From Candidatus Parcubacteria bacterium (lineage in GTDB: Bacteria > Patescibacteriota > Minisyncoccia > Minisyncoccales > JAGMDC01): a stretch of DNA of 64,000 bases. The notes under the pieces are model-generated. The model had not been told where the DNA came from and made no database searches. It saw nothing but the letters and a program-made list of their open reading frames with translations. Position 1 is the first letter of the stretch, and every line of letters starts with the position of its first letter. Below are positions 1-8,757 of the stretch, piece after piece. The DNA is taken from NCBI GenBank assembly GCA_023128895.1, contig JAGMDC010000003.1, positions 155,651-219,650 of the forward strand, written 5' to 3'. A program made the position numbers and the translations under genes.

Positions 1-790
1 AAATAGCGCTATGCGTTTTTTTATTGGATGCTAAAATTAATAAATTAGTTTTTTTCTCATTCTCAATTGAAATTGAATCTCCATTTAGCTTTGTTGCCCG
101 TCCTCCTGCTTCTTCCAAAATAATCAATCCAGCCGCAAGATCGTATATTCTTGTCGGATCGCCAAGATTGACATATGCCTCAAAACCTCCTAACGCTGTA
201 TAACACAGTCCTAACGAACCAGAACCAAATACTCTCACGCGGTAACAAAGCAAATTGAGCTTTGTCAAAATCTTTGAAAATTTATCAAATTCTTTAGTTG
301 GAAGATTAAAAACAGGCAATTCAACATAAATAAAAGAATTTTTTAAATTATCTTGTTTAGAAACTCTAATCCTTCTATTATTCAAATAAGCGCCTCCTTT
401 ATCATGAGCATAAAACATTTCTTTAGTCACTGGATTATAAACTACGCCCAAAACAATCTTATTTTTATATTGTAGAGCAATTGAAACAGAAAACAAAGGA
501 ATCTTCCTAATATAATGTTTGGTGCCGTCAATTGGATCTATTATCCATAGATAATCTGATTTTTTGTTTGTATTTATACTGCCAACCTCTTCAGATAAAA
601 TATTGTGCTCTGGAAACTTTTCTTTAATACTTTTTATAATCATTTCTTCAATCTTATAATCAAGATTGGTAGCAATATCCTGCCGGTCTTTAAATTTCAC
701 AATTTTAATCTTCTCTGAATTGTCTAAAAGCATCTTTCCTGCCCGCTTCGCCAAATTAACAGCAAAATTTTGCGCGACTTCAAAATTCAT
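1..790 (-). CDS. inositol monophosphatase family protein (C-terminal end cut by window edge)
   Basis: Absent from the ORF track because it runs off the window. Manual translation from the ATG at 790-788 gives MNFEVAQNFAVNLAKRAGKML...LSEEVGS...WIIDPIDGTKHY (IMPase metal-binding motif). Its start overlaps the upstream gene's stop as ATGA. Confidence 0.8.
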   Translation of the reverse strand, partial: MNFEVAQNFAVNLAKRAGKMLLDNSEKIKIVKFKDRQDIATNLDYKIEEMIIKSIKEKFPEHNILSEEVGSINTNKKSDYLWIIDPIDGTKHYIRKIPLFSVSIALQYKNKIVLGVVYNPVTKEMFYAHDKGGAYLNNRRIRVSKQDNLKNSFIYVELPVFNLPTKEFDKFSKILTKLNLLCYRVRVFGSGSLGLCYTALGGFEAYVNLGDPTRIYDLAAGLIILEEAGGRATKLNGDSISIENEKKTNLLILASNKKTHSAI

Positions 791-1761
791 AGTTCTAACA
801 ATATTTTTATTATTTTATTTTTATCATAGATTATTGGACCGGATTTAATCAAAAAATTCCTGCCAATAAATTTTTTCTCGTCTAAATTTTCATTAATGTT
901 CACTAAATTTAAAATTAATGGATTTTCTTTTTTATAATCTTTAATCCTTTTGGGGTCGGGAACTCCTGTATTATATAAAACAAAATCAAAAGGACAACCC
1001 ATATACTTTTCAACTTCCTTTGTGAAATCCAAAACTGAAAAATTATTTGTTTCGCCAAATTTATTCATTGAATTTACAATAAGAACTTTCTTTGCGTTGG
1101 TTTTTTTAATTGCTCCCTTTATTCCTGTTGGCAAGAGACAAGGAATAACGCTGGAATATAAATCGCCAGGACCAATAATAAGTAAATCTGCTTTTTGGAT
1201 TTTTTCTAAGACAGGAGGATAGGCCTTAACCATTGGTTTTAAAAATACTTTTTTAATTTTGAACCTCGGATTATGTTGTTTAGGAACATCTATCTCATCT
1301 TCACCTTTAATAATTGCTTTGTTTTCTAATTCTGCTTGAAGATGGGTTTTCGTTAAAGAAATAGGGAGAGCTTTATGTTTTTTTATTTCTAAAAAATCCT
1401 CTGCTATTTTCAAAGCTTTCTCAAAATCTTTGTTAACATACTCTGCTAAAGAAATAAAAACGGTTCCAAAGCGATGGCCAATATGTCCGCCTGGAAATTT
1501 TTCTTTGCCAAATCTTAAATAAAAAAGTTCTTTCTTCCATTTTGGAGCTTCTGACAAGGCAACCAAATGCCGACTAATATCACCTGCTGGCAAGATATTA
1601 AAATCCTTTCTTAACTGACCTGTGGAACCTCCGCTCTCCAACATTGAAGTAACGCTGGTTATCCTAACCGGATGTTTTTTAAGCCCTGCAATAACCGCCT
1701 GTGGCACTGCTGTCCCCCCGCCAAAACAAACGATTTTTTTACTTTTTTTACCGCCTTCCAT
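787..1761 (-). CDS. CofD/YvcK (UPF0052) family protein
   Basis: N-terminus KIVCFGGGTAVPQAVIAGLK...ITSVTSMLESGGSTGQLR...PAGDISRHLVAL is typical of the 2-phospho-L-lactate transferase / YvcK family. Confidence 0.7.
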   Translation of the reverse strand: MEGGKKSKKIVCFGGGTAVPQAVIAGLKKHPVRITSVTSMLESGGSTGQLRKDFNILPAGDISRHLVALSEAPKWKKELFYLRFGKEKFPGGHIGHRFGTVFISLAEYVNKDFEKALKIAEDFLEIKKHKALPISLTKTHLQAELENKAIIKGEDEIDVPKQHNPRFKIKKVFLKPMVKAYPPVLEKIQKADLLIIGPGDLYSSVIPCLLPTGIKGAIKKTNAKKVLIVNSMNKFGETNNFSVLDFTKEVEKYMGCPFDFVLYNTGVPDPKRIKDYKKENPLILNLVNINENLDEKKFIGRNFLIKSGPIIYDKNKIIKILLEL

Positions 1762-1767
1762 ATTTCA

Positions 1768-3171
1768 TTATAATCCTAATTCTTTATAAACTTTTTCCGT
1801 GATAGGAATACCGACCTCCTTAAAAATCTCCAGCGCTTTTTTCTCTATTTCTATTAAATCTTTTTCTGTATTGCCCTCAAAACGGCATTTGATAATCGGC
1901 GTGGTATTTGCGGCTCTGGCTAATGCCCAGCCATTTTGAAAATTGATTCTTGCGCCGTCAACATCAATAAAATCATAATTATTTTCTTGTAAATAGTTCT
2001 GCAAATTTTCTATAATTCCAAATTTCTTGTCATCGTCCGCGTCAATAAATATTTCTGGACTGGCGCAATAACGAGGCAAGCTATCAACATACTCGGCAAA
2101 ATTATTATGTTCGGAAATAACTTCAGCAATTTTTAAAGAAGCAAAAATTGCTTCATCGCATAAATAATAATCAAGAGGAAAAAGAAAATGCAGGGTGATT
2201 TCTCCGCCAAACACGGCGTTGGTCTCAATTATCTTTCTGATAACAGCGTTATGGTGAGAAATAGAAAAATATGTTTTTACGCCCTGCCTTTTCATCTCGT
2301 CTAAAAATGCTTTAGAAACCCTCATATCATGGACAACAGGCCCCTTCTTTTTTCTCAATGCTTGTTGAGCTAACATTAAAAGGCAAAAATCGCCATTCAC
2401 TAATTCTGCCTTGTTATTGATAACCCCTACCCTATCACCGTCAGTATCATAAGCAAAACCTATATCTGCTTTCTCTTTTATCACTTCATTTTTGATATCT
2501 TGAAGATTCTCTTCTTCATAAGGGTCTGGTAAATGGTTTGGGAAATTGCCATCATATTCAGGATAAAGAATTTTTACTTGGCAACCTAATTTTTTAAAAA
2601 CTTTTTCCGGCAAATAACCGCAAGCGCCATTGCCTGAATCAACGACAACTTTTAATGGCTTTTTTAATGAAATCTTATTAGTTACATAATCAATATATTC
2701 ATTCTCTGGATTGAAATTCGTTATTTTGCCTCCTTCTTTGGTTAAAACCTCTCCTTTTATAGCCAGCTCTTTTATTTTTTCTAAATCATCCTCAACAACA
2801 TCTTTGCTGATTTCTTCATCATTTTCTCTAATATGAAGCGTGAGCCCGTTATGTCCTTTAGGATTATGAGACCCGGATATCATAATACCGCCATCCATTT
2901 TATGATGAAAAATAGTAAAATAAAACAAAGGGTCTGGCGCAATTCCAATATTTATTACTTCTTTTCCAGATTTTACTAAAGCGTCGGTAACTGATTTAAA
3001 CAGAAAAGGAGAACTATGGCGCGGATCTCTTGCCACAACTATTTTTTTCGCGTCTGGATATAATGCAGAAAAAGCCATCGCAATTCTGTAGGCAGATTCT
3101 TGATTTAATTCTTGCGGATATTTTCCTCTTATGTCGTAAGCGCGGAAAATATACGGGTCAATTTTTTCCAT
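1768..3171 (-). CDS. phosphomannomutase/phosphoglucomutase (alpha-D-phosphohexomutase)
   Basis: Active-site serine loop GIMISGSHNPKGHNG and Mg-binding loop FAYDTDGDRVGV. Confidence 0.85.
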   Translation of the reverse strand: MEKIDPYIFRAYDIRGKYPQELNQESAYRIAMAFSALYPDAKKIVVARDPRHSSPFLFKSVTDALVKSGKEVINIGIAPDPLFYFTIFHHKMDGGIMISGSHNPKGHNGLTLHIRENDEEISKDVVEDDLEKIKELAIKGEVLTKEGGKITNFNPENEYIDYVTNKISLKKPLKVVVDSGNGACGYLPEKVFKKLGCQVKILYPEYDGNFPNHLPDPYEEENLQDIKNEVIKEKADIGFAYDTDGDRVGVINNKAELVNGDFCLLMLAQQALRKKKGPVVHDMRVSKAFLDEMKRQGVKTYFSISHHNAVIRKIIETNAVFGGEITLHFLFPLDYYLCDEAIFASLKIAEVISEHNNFAEYVDSLPRYCASPEIFIDADDDKKFGIIENLQNYLQENNYDFIDVDGARINFQNGWALARAANTTPIIKCRFEGNTEKDLIEIEKKALEIFKEVGIPITEKVYKELGL

Positions 3172-3180
3172 AATGGTTCT

Positions 3181-3342
3181 AAACCTTGAATCACGAAATA
3201 GCTTTTACTGCGGCTTCCGCGCGAGCGCGATTTCATCTTTCAGGCTCAACTTTGGTAGCACAGCTACGAAAAATCTCGCCTTCAAGCGAACTCGCGCTCG
3301 CGCAAAATCCTCGTTACAAACCCATTTCGTAATTCAAGGTTT
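3181..3342. repeat. long imperfect palindrome (19-nt outer arms, 12-nt GC-rich inner arms)
   Basis: Outer arms are AAACCTTGAATCACGAAAT (3181-3199) and ATTTCGTAATTCAAGGTTT (3324-3342), with 1 mismatch. Inner arms are CGCGCGAGCGCGA (3218-3230) and TCGCGCTCGCGC (3292-3303). Confidence 0.8.
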
Positions 3343-3907
3343 TAGCGAGTTTAAATGCTTTTTTATTTAATTCCAAATATTTTTTTGCCACTGCTTGCTC
3401 AATTGCTTTTAGAATTGAACTTGGCTTCAAAGGAATAATTTTATTACGAGAAGCGTAACTTAATAAATAAACGCCTGCAACAACATTTTTGCCCAATTCT
3501 TTTTCGCAAATATCTGCTGCCGGGATTACAATTATATTTTTAGTAAATCTTTGGATTTCTTTTACAATGGCTTTTTCGGTTATGGATTTTTGGCCCAAAA
3601 TCGGAATAAAAAATTTATTGATTAAAAATTTCGTTTGCTTGCCAGCATAATAGCAGGATTTGAGACATTCCTGCATTTCCAGCCCTAAAATCAAATCAGC
3701 GTTAGCGCGCGCGACTAAAGGAGAAAAAACTTTTTTTCCGAATCTAAGATGGACTTCCACTGACCCGCCCCTTTGGCTCAAGCCGTGAAGTTCAGATGTT
3801 TTCACGTCATAACCCTCTATCAAAGCCGCTTCAGCCAAAATCTGCAGAAGCGTAATCACTCCCTGCCCTCCTGTCCCAACAATAACCATATTAAAATCTT
3901 TATTCAT
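3314..3907 (-). CDS. iorB: indolepyruvate/2-oxoacid:ferredoxin oxidoreductase, beta (IorB-type) subunit
   Basis: MVIVGTGGQGVITLLQILAEAALIEGYDVKTSELHGLSQRGGSVEVHLRFG is the canonical IorB/gamma-domain N-terminus. Confidence 0.75.
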   Translation of the reverse strand: MNKDFNMVIVGTGGQGVITLLQILAEAALIEGYDVKTSELHGLSQRGGSVEVHLRFGKKVFSPLVARANADLILGLEMQECLKSCYYAGKQTKFLINKFFIPILGQKSITEKAIVKEIQRFTKNIIVIPAADICEKELGKNVVAGVYLLSYASRNKIIPLKPSSILKAIEQAVAKKYLELNKKAFKLAKTLNYEMGL

Positions 3908-4017
3908 AATATATTATATAATATCATAAAAAAAATTTCCTGGCAATTTTTGTAAAAAAAAGGTCCCAAAAATTCAAATGGAATTTCAGAACCAATGATT
4001 GTTCTATTGTCTCAACG

Positions 4018-4776
4018 CTATTTTCGCCTTGACTCTGCTTCTTGCCGCAACTCTGCCTGCACTTTGGCATTCTGATATATCTCTGGCTCTCGTAAATAAT
4101 CCGCGATTACATCGCGCTCTCTGGGCATGAAAACATCGTTTAGCCATTTTATTCCTTTTGATTTAAATGGAATCAACGAATGTAATGTAATCCCTTGCTC
4201 TCTGGCGCTTTCTTCTGCCCCTTGCTCCCTGTCAAGAAGCACAACAACATGCGAACACTTACCTTTTAGCCCACGCAACTTCAGTTCAAAATTCAATTGT
4301 TCTATCGCTACCTCTTTACTGTTAAACTTTGTTACTAAGTCGTCAATGATTGCTATTTCGCCGCCATCCTCTGGAATTCCTTCAACCAATGAATGTTCGC
4401 CATATCCTTTTATAAACCGACTGAAGTCCTCTTTTGTTTTCACTCCTTCTATTTTGCGAGTATACCCCGATGGTATCTTTGCTTCTATCGAAATAGCTGT
4501 AGCTATTGGTATGCCAGCCATAGCAACGCCGATAATTCCATCCACATCAGGACATTCTTTATGCATTAATTGCCCTAACACGAAACCGACATGACTAAGC
4601 AATTCTGGATGCAATGGCAATGGCCGCAATTGAACATAGAAAGGGCTCCACAATCCCGATACAAGCGTCCATCCCTCTGGCTTATCCCTGTACCATGTTT
4701 TTATCATGCCATCTGCGTACAATCGCTCAATAATAATCTTCCCTTGATCCTCTTTATAATTTTCCCAATCTTGCAT
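4018..4776 (-). CDS. pyrE: orotate phosphoribosyltransferase-like protein
   Basis: Start re-called at the internal ATG (4776-4774), which lies 6 nt after AGGAGGAAAGG. Contains SGLWSPFYVQLR and the PRTase loop EIAIIDDLVTKFNSK. The track ORF extends upstream through the SD. Confidence 0.65.
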   Translation of the reverse strand: MQDWENYKEDQGKIIIERLYADGMIKTWYRDKPEGWTLVSGLWSPFYVQLRPLPLHPELLSHVGFVLGQLMHKECPDVDGIIGVAMAGIPIATAISIEAKIPSGYTRKIEGVKTKEDFSRFIKGYGEHSLVEGIPEDGGEIAIIDDLVTKFNSKEVAIEQLNFELKLRGLKGKCSHVVVLLDREQGAEESAREQGITLHSLIPFKSKGIKWLNDVFMPRERDVIADYLREPEIYQNAKVQAELRQEAESRRK

Positions 4777-4867
4777 TTTTTTCCTTTCCTCCTTTTGTTT
4801 CCTATACTCTACTTCCAAAATCCAAAAAATATGCGGGGAGAAAAAAAATATCCCCGACAAAATCTTT

Positions 4868-5608
4868 TCAACCTATATTCTCAATAGATTTATTGATGCT
4901 CTGAACAACGCCCAATGGATCATCGCTTTCCGTTATCGCTCGGCCCATCACTATTCTGTCTGCTCCGTTTCTTACTGCTTCCTCTGGGGTATTTATTCTT
5001 TTTTGGTCATTCGCTTTCGCTCCTTTCGGTCTAATCCCCGGAATGATACGCTTTAAGCCATTAAGTTCTGGGAATTGTTTTAAGAATAGAAGCTCCTGTG
5101 GCGAGCAAACAATGGCGTCGCATCCAGCAATTACCGCGTTCCGAGCATACTGCAAAACTTTTGCTTTCACCGGTCCTCCAAGCGTGAGATTGCACTCTTC
5201 CTCGTTCAATGAAGTCAATACTGTTACTACTGCTATATCCGTCGGCACTTTAAGTTCTTTCTTCTTTTCCACGGCCTTTTGTAACGCTGGCAGCCCGGCG
5301 CAAGCCATCACTGTTACCATGTTTGCTTGATATTCTTCCTCTACTTTTGTCTCTCCGTCAGGGTTCTGGACTTCGCCAAAATATACCCCAATTCTATTTC
5401 TAACAGTGTTGGGAATATCGCAAAATTTTGGATCTGCCATTACTCTCCCGTATTGCTTAATAAAATAAATGCATTCTCTCGGACCAATCTTATCTAACAA
5501 ATCGTTTGCCTTAAATCCATATACTTGTCCTCTTAGTTCCTGCATAATCAATGATGCTTCCTGTTTGTCTATGTTATCCAAAGCTACGATAATTCTTTTC
5601 TCTGGCAT
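4868..5608 (-). CDS. pyrF: orotidine 5'-phosphate decarboxylase
   Basis: IIVALD...FKANDLL...DPKFCDIPNTV contains the OMP decarboxylase D-K-x-x-D-I-P-N-T signature. TAGGAGGTGA lies 8 nt upstream of the ATG. Confidence 0.85.
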   Translation of the reverse strand: MPEKRIIVALDNIDKQEASLIMQELRGQVYGFKANDLLDKIGPRECIYFIKQYGRVMADPKFCDIPNTVRNRIGVYFGEVQNPDGETKVEEEYQANMVTVMACAGLPALQKAVEKKKELKVPTDIAVVTVLTSLNEEECNLTLGGPVKAKVLQYARNAVIAGCDAIVCSPQELLFLKQFPELNGLKRIIPGIRPKGAKANDQKRINTPEEAVRNGADRIVMGRAITESDDPLGVVQSINKSIENIG

Positions 5609-5718
5609 TTTTTTCTATCACCTCCTATTTTTTTTATTTTAGCCCTTTTTGCTATTTTGCTATTATGCTATTTTATAAGGACTAATTCTTATTTACCAAA
5701 ATTTTTTGGGAATGTAAA
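5609..5718 (-). promoter_or_regulatory. promoter/leader module, copy 1 (upstream of pyrF)
   Basis: About 110 nt, nearly identical to 6925-7032. Read on the minus strand it shows TTGGTA-N16-TATAAA, then three ATAGCA units at 8-nt period, an A-rich leader and TAGGAGGTGA. Confidence 0.5.
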
Positions 5719-5814
5719 CCCCATCGCATAACAACGGAAAAAATAATCGTTGGCTAAAACCGCGCAGAAAGGTAAACAAATATAAAAAAGGGACGTGTGA
5801 ACGCCCATATTTTT

Positions 5815-6924
5815 CTATTTTCTTAAATCAGAGAGGTTCTTGATTCCGTCTCTATCCATCAATTCCTTAATCCCCTTGTTAATTTGATAAAAATAGAAAG
5901 GGTTGTAGATATGATAGATATATCCTGTGTATGTCTGGATCAAACTTGCTCCTGCTTTGAGCACTTCGTAAGCATCTTTGGCATCAAAAATTCCTCCTAC
6001 ACCAATAATAGGAATTTCCTCTTGGACATACTCGTTAACATATCTTACTGTGTTTACTGTTTTCTCGAAAAGAGGCTTTCCGCTCATACCTCCTTCTTTA
6101 TTGGTTGAAATACTCAGACCTTCTCGAGAGAGAGTAGTATTGACCGCGATTATGCCATCAATGTGGTACTCAAGGCAGGTATCTAACAATTCATTAAGTT
6201 CTCTTCGGCTGTCATCGGGCGAAATCTTCACCAATAGCGGTTTCTCAGGAAGTCCTGTCTGACCTGTAATTTCTCTAATCTTTTCTATAAGAGAACAAAC
6301 TAAGTCATCAAAGTATTCCTTTTCTCGGAGTTTGAACAAACCGGGCATATGGGGACAGCTAACATTGACTACAAAAAAGTCGCCAAAAGGATATAATTTC
6401 TCCAAGCAATAAAGATAGTCTCCAACCGCTTCCTCGATAGGAGTATTTATTCCTTTTCCTATATTGATACCTACTGGAACAAATGATTTTTTTATCTTCG
6501 CCAACTGAATTACTGTTGCCTCTGTTCCATTATTAGGGAAACCCATTTTGTTTATCAATGCTTTATCTTCTGGTAAATACCAAATCCGTGGCGGCTGAAA
6601 ACCTTTCTGAAAAAGAGGGGTTATTGTTCCAATTTCTTCAAAACCTACTCCCAAAATAGCAACTCCAACGGCATTTTTGTCAAAACCAGCACCAATTCCT
6701 ATCGGGTTTCTGAATTTAAGCCCAAAAATGTTCTGTTCCAGCGTTGAATCACTGTAAGTTAAAACTGTTTCAATTGTTCTAACTAATCCTTCCCGTTCTC
6801 CAAGATGATGCAGTAATGAAAGAAATACCTGATGAAGTTTCTCCGGATCGTTACCGGAAATTCTAAGTAAAAAAGGCCTAATCAATTGTTCATAAACAAT
6901 GCTAACACTCTTTTCTGTTTTCAT
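5815..6924 (-). CDS. pyrD: dihydroorotate dehydrogenase
   Basis: GLKFRNPIGIGAGFDKNA, VNVSCPHMPG and IIGVGGIF are DHODH substrate and FMN-binding motifs. Confidence 0.8.
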   Translation of the reverse strand: MKTEKSVSIVYEQLIRPFLLRISGNDPEKLHQVFLSLLHHLGEREGLVRTIETVLTYSDSTLEQNIFGLKFRNPIGIGAGFDKNAVGVAILGVGFEEIGTITPLFQKGFQPPRIWYLPEDKALINKMGFPNNGTEATVIQLAKIKKSFVPVGINIGKGINTPIEEAVGDYLYCLEKLYPFGDFFVVNVSCPHMPGLFKLREKEYFDDLVCSLIEKIREITGQTGLPEKPLLVKISPDDSRRELNELLDTCLEYHIDGIIAVNTTLSREGLSISTNKEGGMSGKPLFEKTVNTVRYVNEYVQEEIPIIGVGGIFDAKDAYEVLKAGASLIQTYTGYIYHIYNPFYFYQINKGIKELMDRDGIKNLSDLRK

Positions 6925-7032
6925 TTTTTTTCTACCTCCTATTTTTTTTATTTTAGCCCTTTTTGCTATTTTGCTATTATGCTATTTTATAAGGACTAAT
7001 TTTTATTTACCAAAATTTTTTGGAAATGTAAA
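6925..7032 (-). promoter_or_regulatory. promoter/leader module, copy 2 (upstream of pyrD)
   Basis: Direct repeat of 5609-5718 with only a few substitutions. It has the same TATAAA box, the triple ATAGCA and TAGGAGGTA before the ATG. Confidence 0.5.
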
Positions 7033-7042
7033 TAGCGGAAAT

Positions 7043-7076
7043 AAAAAATTCCGAGAACGGTTCTCGGAATTTTTAT
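7043..7076 (-). terminator. rho-independent terminator after iorA
   Basis: Stem arms AATTCCGAGAAC and GTTCTCGGAATT are flanked by A-run and T-run, 24 nt downstream of the iorA stop. Confidence 0.6.
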
Positions 7077-7099
7077 CCTCGATTCATAATTCATTTCTT

Positions 7100-8755
7100 T
7101 TAGTGTTTTTTTACGAATACGCAGGGGCGGCGGGCAATAATTACTGAAACCTCTTTCTTATTTACAAAATCTTTTACTGTTTTAATAAATTCTTTCTGAT
7201 TTACCGGGTCAATAATTTTCAAATTCTTGACGCCGCACGCTTTCACAAGATCTTCTATCTTTACTATTGGAGCGCCGTCTTCCACCCCGGGATGCGGCTG
7301 GTGCCCTGTCATTGCCGTGATATCATTATTCATAATAATCACTAACGGATTTGATTGGTTGAAAACAGTATTTATTAACGCTGGTATTCCAGCGTGGTAA
7401 AAACTGGAATCGCCAATAAAAGTAATAAGTTTCTGGTTGCTGGATTTTTTAATGCCGTGGGCGAGCCCAATAGAAGAGCCCATACAATATAAGTAGTCCT
7501 GTATATTATGGGGCGGCAAGCCGGCAAGCATATAACATCCAATTCCTCCGCCGAAAATCACTTTCTTTTCATTAACTGCTTTCTTAACAGCTCCGAATAC
7601 AAGCCAATAAGGACAGCCTGGACACAATTGGGGCCGCCTGGAAATTGATATTGACGGCTTTTTATAACTGTCGGAGGTTGAACCTCCGACAGTTAATTTA
7701 CCGGTAAATTTCGCGATGGCGCGCAAAACAATTTCTGGCTTTAGTTCTCCGACTTCCGGCAATAAATCTTTGCCAAAAACTTTAAGTTTTGGGTTTATAT
7801 CTTTCGCTAAAATATTAACTTCTTTTTCCAAGCACGGCTCCAATTCCTCTACTATTAATACCTTGTCTAAATTTTTAATGAAATTATTTAGTTTATTCTG
7901 CGGGAGAGGATAAAAAAATCCTAATTTGAACACGGGCAAATCTATGCTTAATTTTCCCAGCGCTTCCATCACATATAAATAAGACGCCCCGGAAGTGATA
8001 ATCCCAGATTTGTCGGAACTCGGACTTCCGTTAACTAAATTTAGTTTGGATTTTTCACAAAATTGTCTAATTTTCTCTAATTTCTCCAACAATTCTTTGT
8101 GCATTTCCAGCACCCTTGGCGGCATTGTGACAAATTGATGCGTGTCTTTGACAAATTTGCCTTTTGTCGCCGGGATATTTATCTTTGACAATTTTACTGG
8201 CGCGCTCTGGTGAGCGACCCGTGTTGTTTCCCTAACCATCACTGGAATTTTGAATTTTTCTGACATCTCAAAAGCAAATTTTGTAAAGTCCTTGCACTCC
8301 TGCGGCGTTGACGGCTCTAAAATTGGAATATGCGCCAATTGCGCGAACGCGCGCGTGTTCTCTTCTGATTGCGCTGAACTCCAGCAATTCGGGTCGTCCG
8401 CAACTAAAATCACCATGCCCGCTTTCACGCCTGTATAAACCAAAGGCAGCAAAAAATCAGACGCAACATTTAATCCAAAATTTTTCATTGCGACAAGAGT
8501 TCTTAATCCGGAAAAAGACGCGCCTGCTCCTGCTTCTATCGCCACTTTTTCATTAACAGAAAACTCAAAATATAGATTCTTGATTTTCTGATGCGAGCGC
8601 TGAATCAAATAGAAACTATTTCCTATTTCCGATGCCGGCGTGCCGGGGTAGGTTGCCACAAACCGAACACCGGCTTCCAAAGCGCCCCTCACAATCGCTT
8701 CGTTGCCCAAAAGCATCACTTTTTTATTTTGTTTCTCTAAAATATTTTCAAACAT
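7100..8755 (-). CDS. iorA: indolepyruvate:ferredoxin oxidoreductase, alpha (IorA-type) subunit
   Basis: N-terminus LLGNEAIVRGALEAGV..ATYPGTPASEI. TPP-binding region GDSSFYHAGIPALINTV...NDITAMTGHQPHPG. Cys motif CPGCPY. Confidence 0.8.
   Translation of the reverse strand: MFENILEKQNKKVMLLGNEAIVRGALEAGVRFVATYPGTPASEIGNSFYLIQRSHQKIKNLYFEFSVNEKVAIEAGAGASFSGLRTLVAMKNFGLNVASDFLLPLVYTGVKAGMVILVADDPNCWSSAQSEENTRAFAQLAHIPILEPSTPQECKDFTKFAFEMSEKFKIPVMVRETTRVAHQSAPVKLSKINIPATKGKFVKDTHQFVTMPPRVLEMHKELLEKLEKIRQFCEKSKLNLVNGSPSSDKSGIITSGASYLYVMEALGKLSIDLPVFKLGFFYPLPQNKLNNFIKNLDKVLIVEELEPCLEKEVNILAKDINPKLKVFGKDLLPEVGELKPEIVLRAIAKFTGKLTVGGSTSDSYKKPSISISRRPQLCPGCPYWLVFGAVKKAVNEKKVIFGGGIGCYMLAGLPPHNIQDYLYCMGSSIGLAHGIKKSSNQKLITFIGDSSFYHAGIPALINTVFNQSNPLVIIMNNDITAMTGHQPHPGVEDGAPIVKIEDLVKACGVKNLKIIDPVNQKEFIKTVKDFVNKKEVSVIIARRPCVFVKKH
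7666..7694. repeat. 29-nt perfect palindrome inside the iorA CDS
   Basis: AACTGTCGGAGGTT-G-AACCTCCGACAGTT has 14-nt arms and encodes LTVGGSTSDSY in frame. A near copy lies in intergenic DNA at 35624-35650. Confidence 0.85.
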
Positions 8756-8757
8756 AA

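Noticed and set aside
3173-3370. 65-aa plus-strand ORF between the phosphohexomutase and iorB genes
   Set aside because: It lies entirely within the long palindrome and the iorB 3' end. The palindromic structure explains the open frame.
4127-4887. 155-aa and 98-aa plus-strand ORFs opposite pyrE, and the 28 extra N-terminal codons of the pyrE track ORF
   Set aside because: The antisense ORFs lack motifs. The upstream extension of pyrE reads through its own AGGAGG box and the pyrF terminator hairpin, so the internal ATG at 4776 is preferred.
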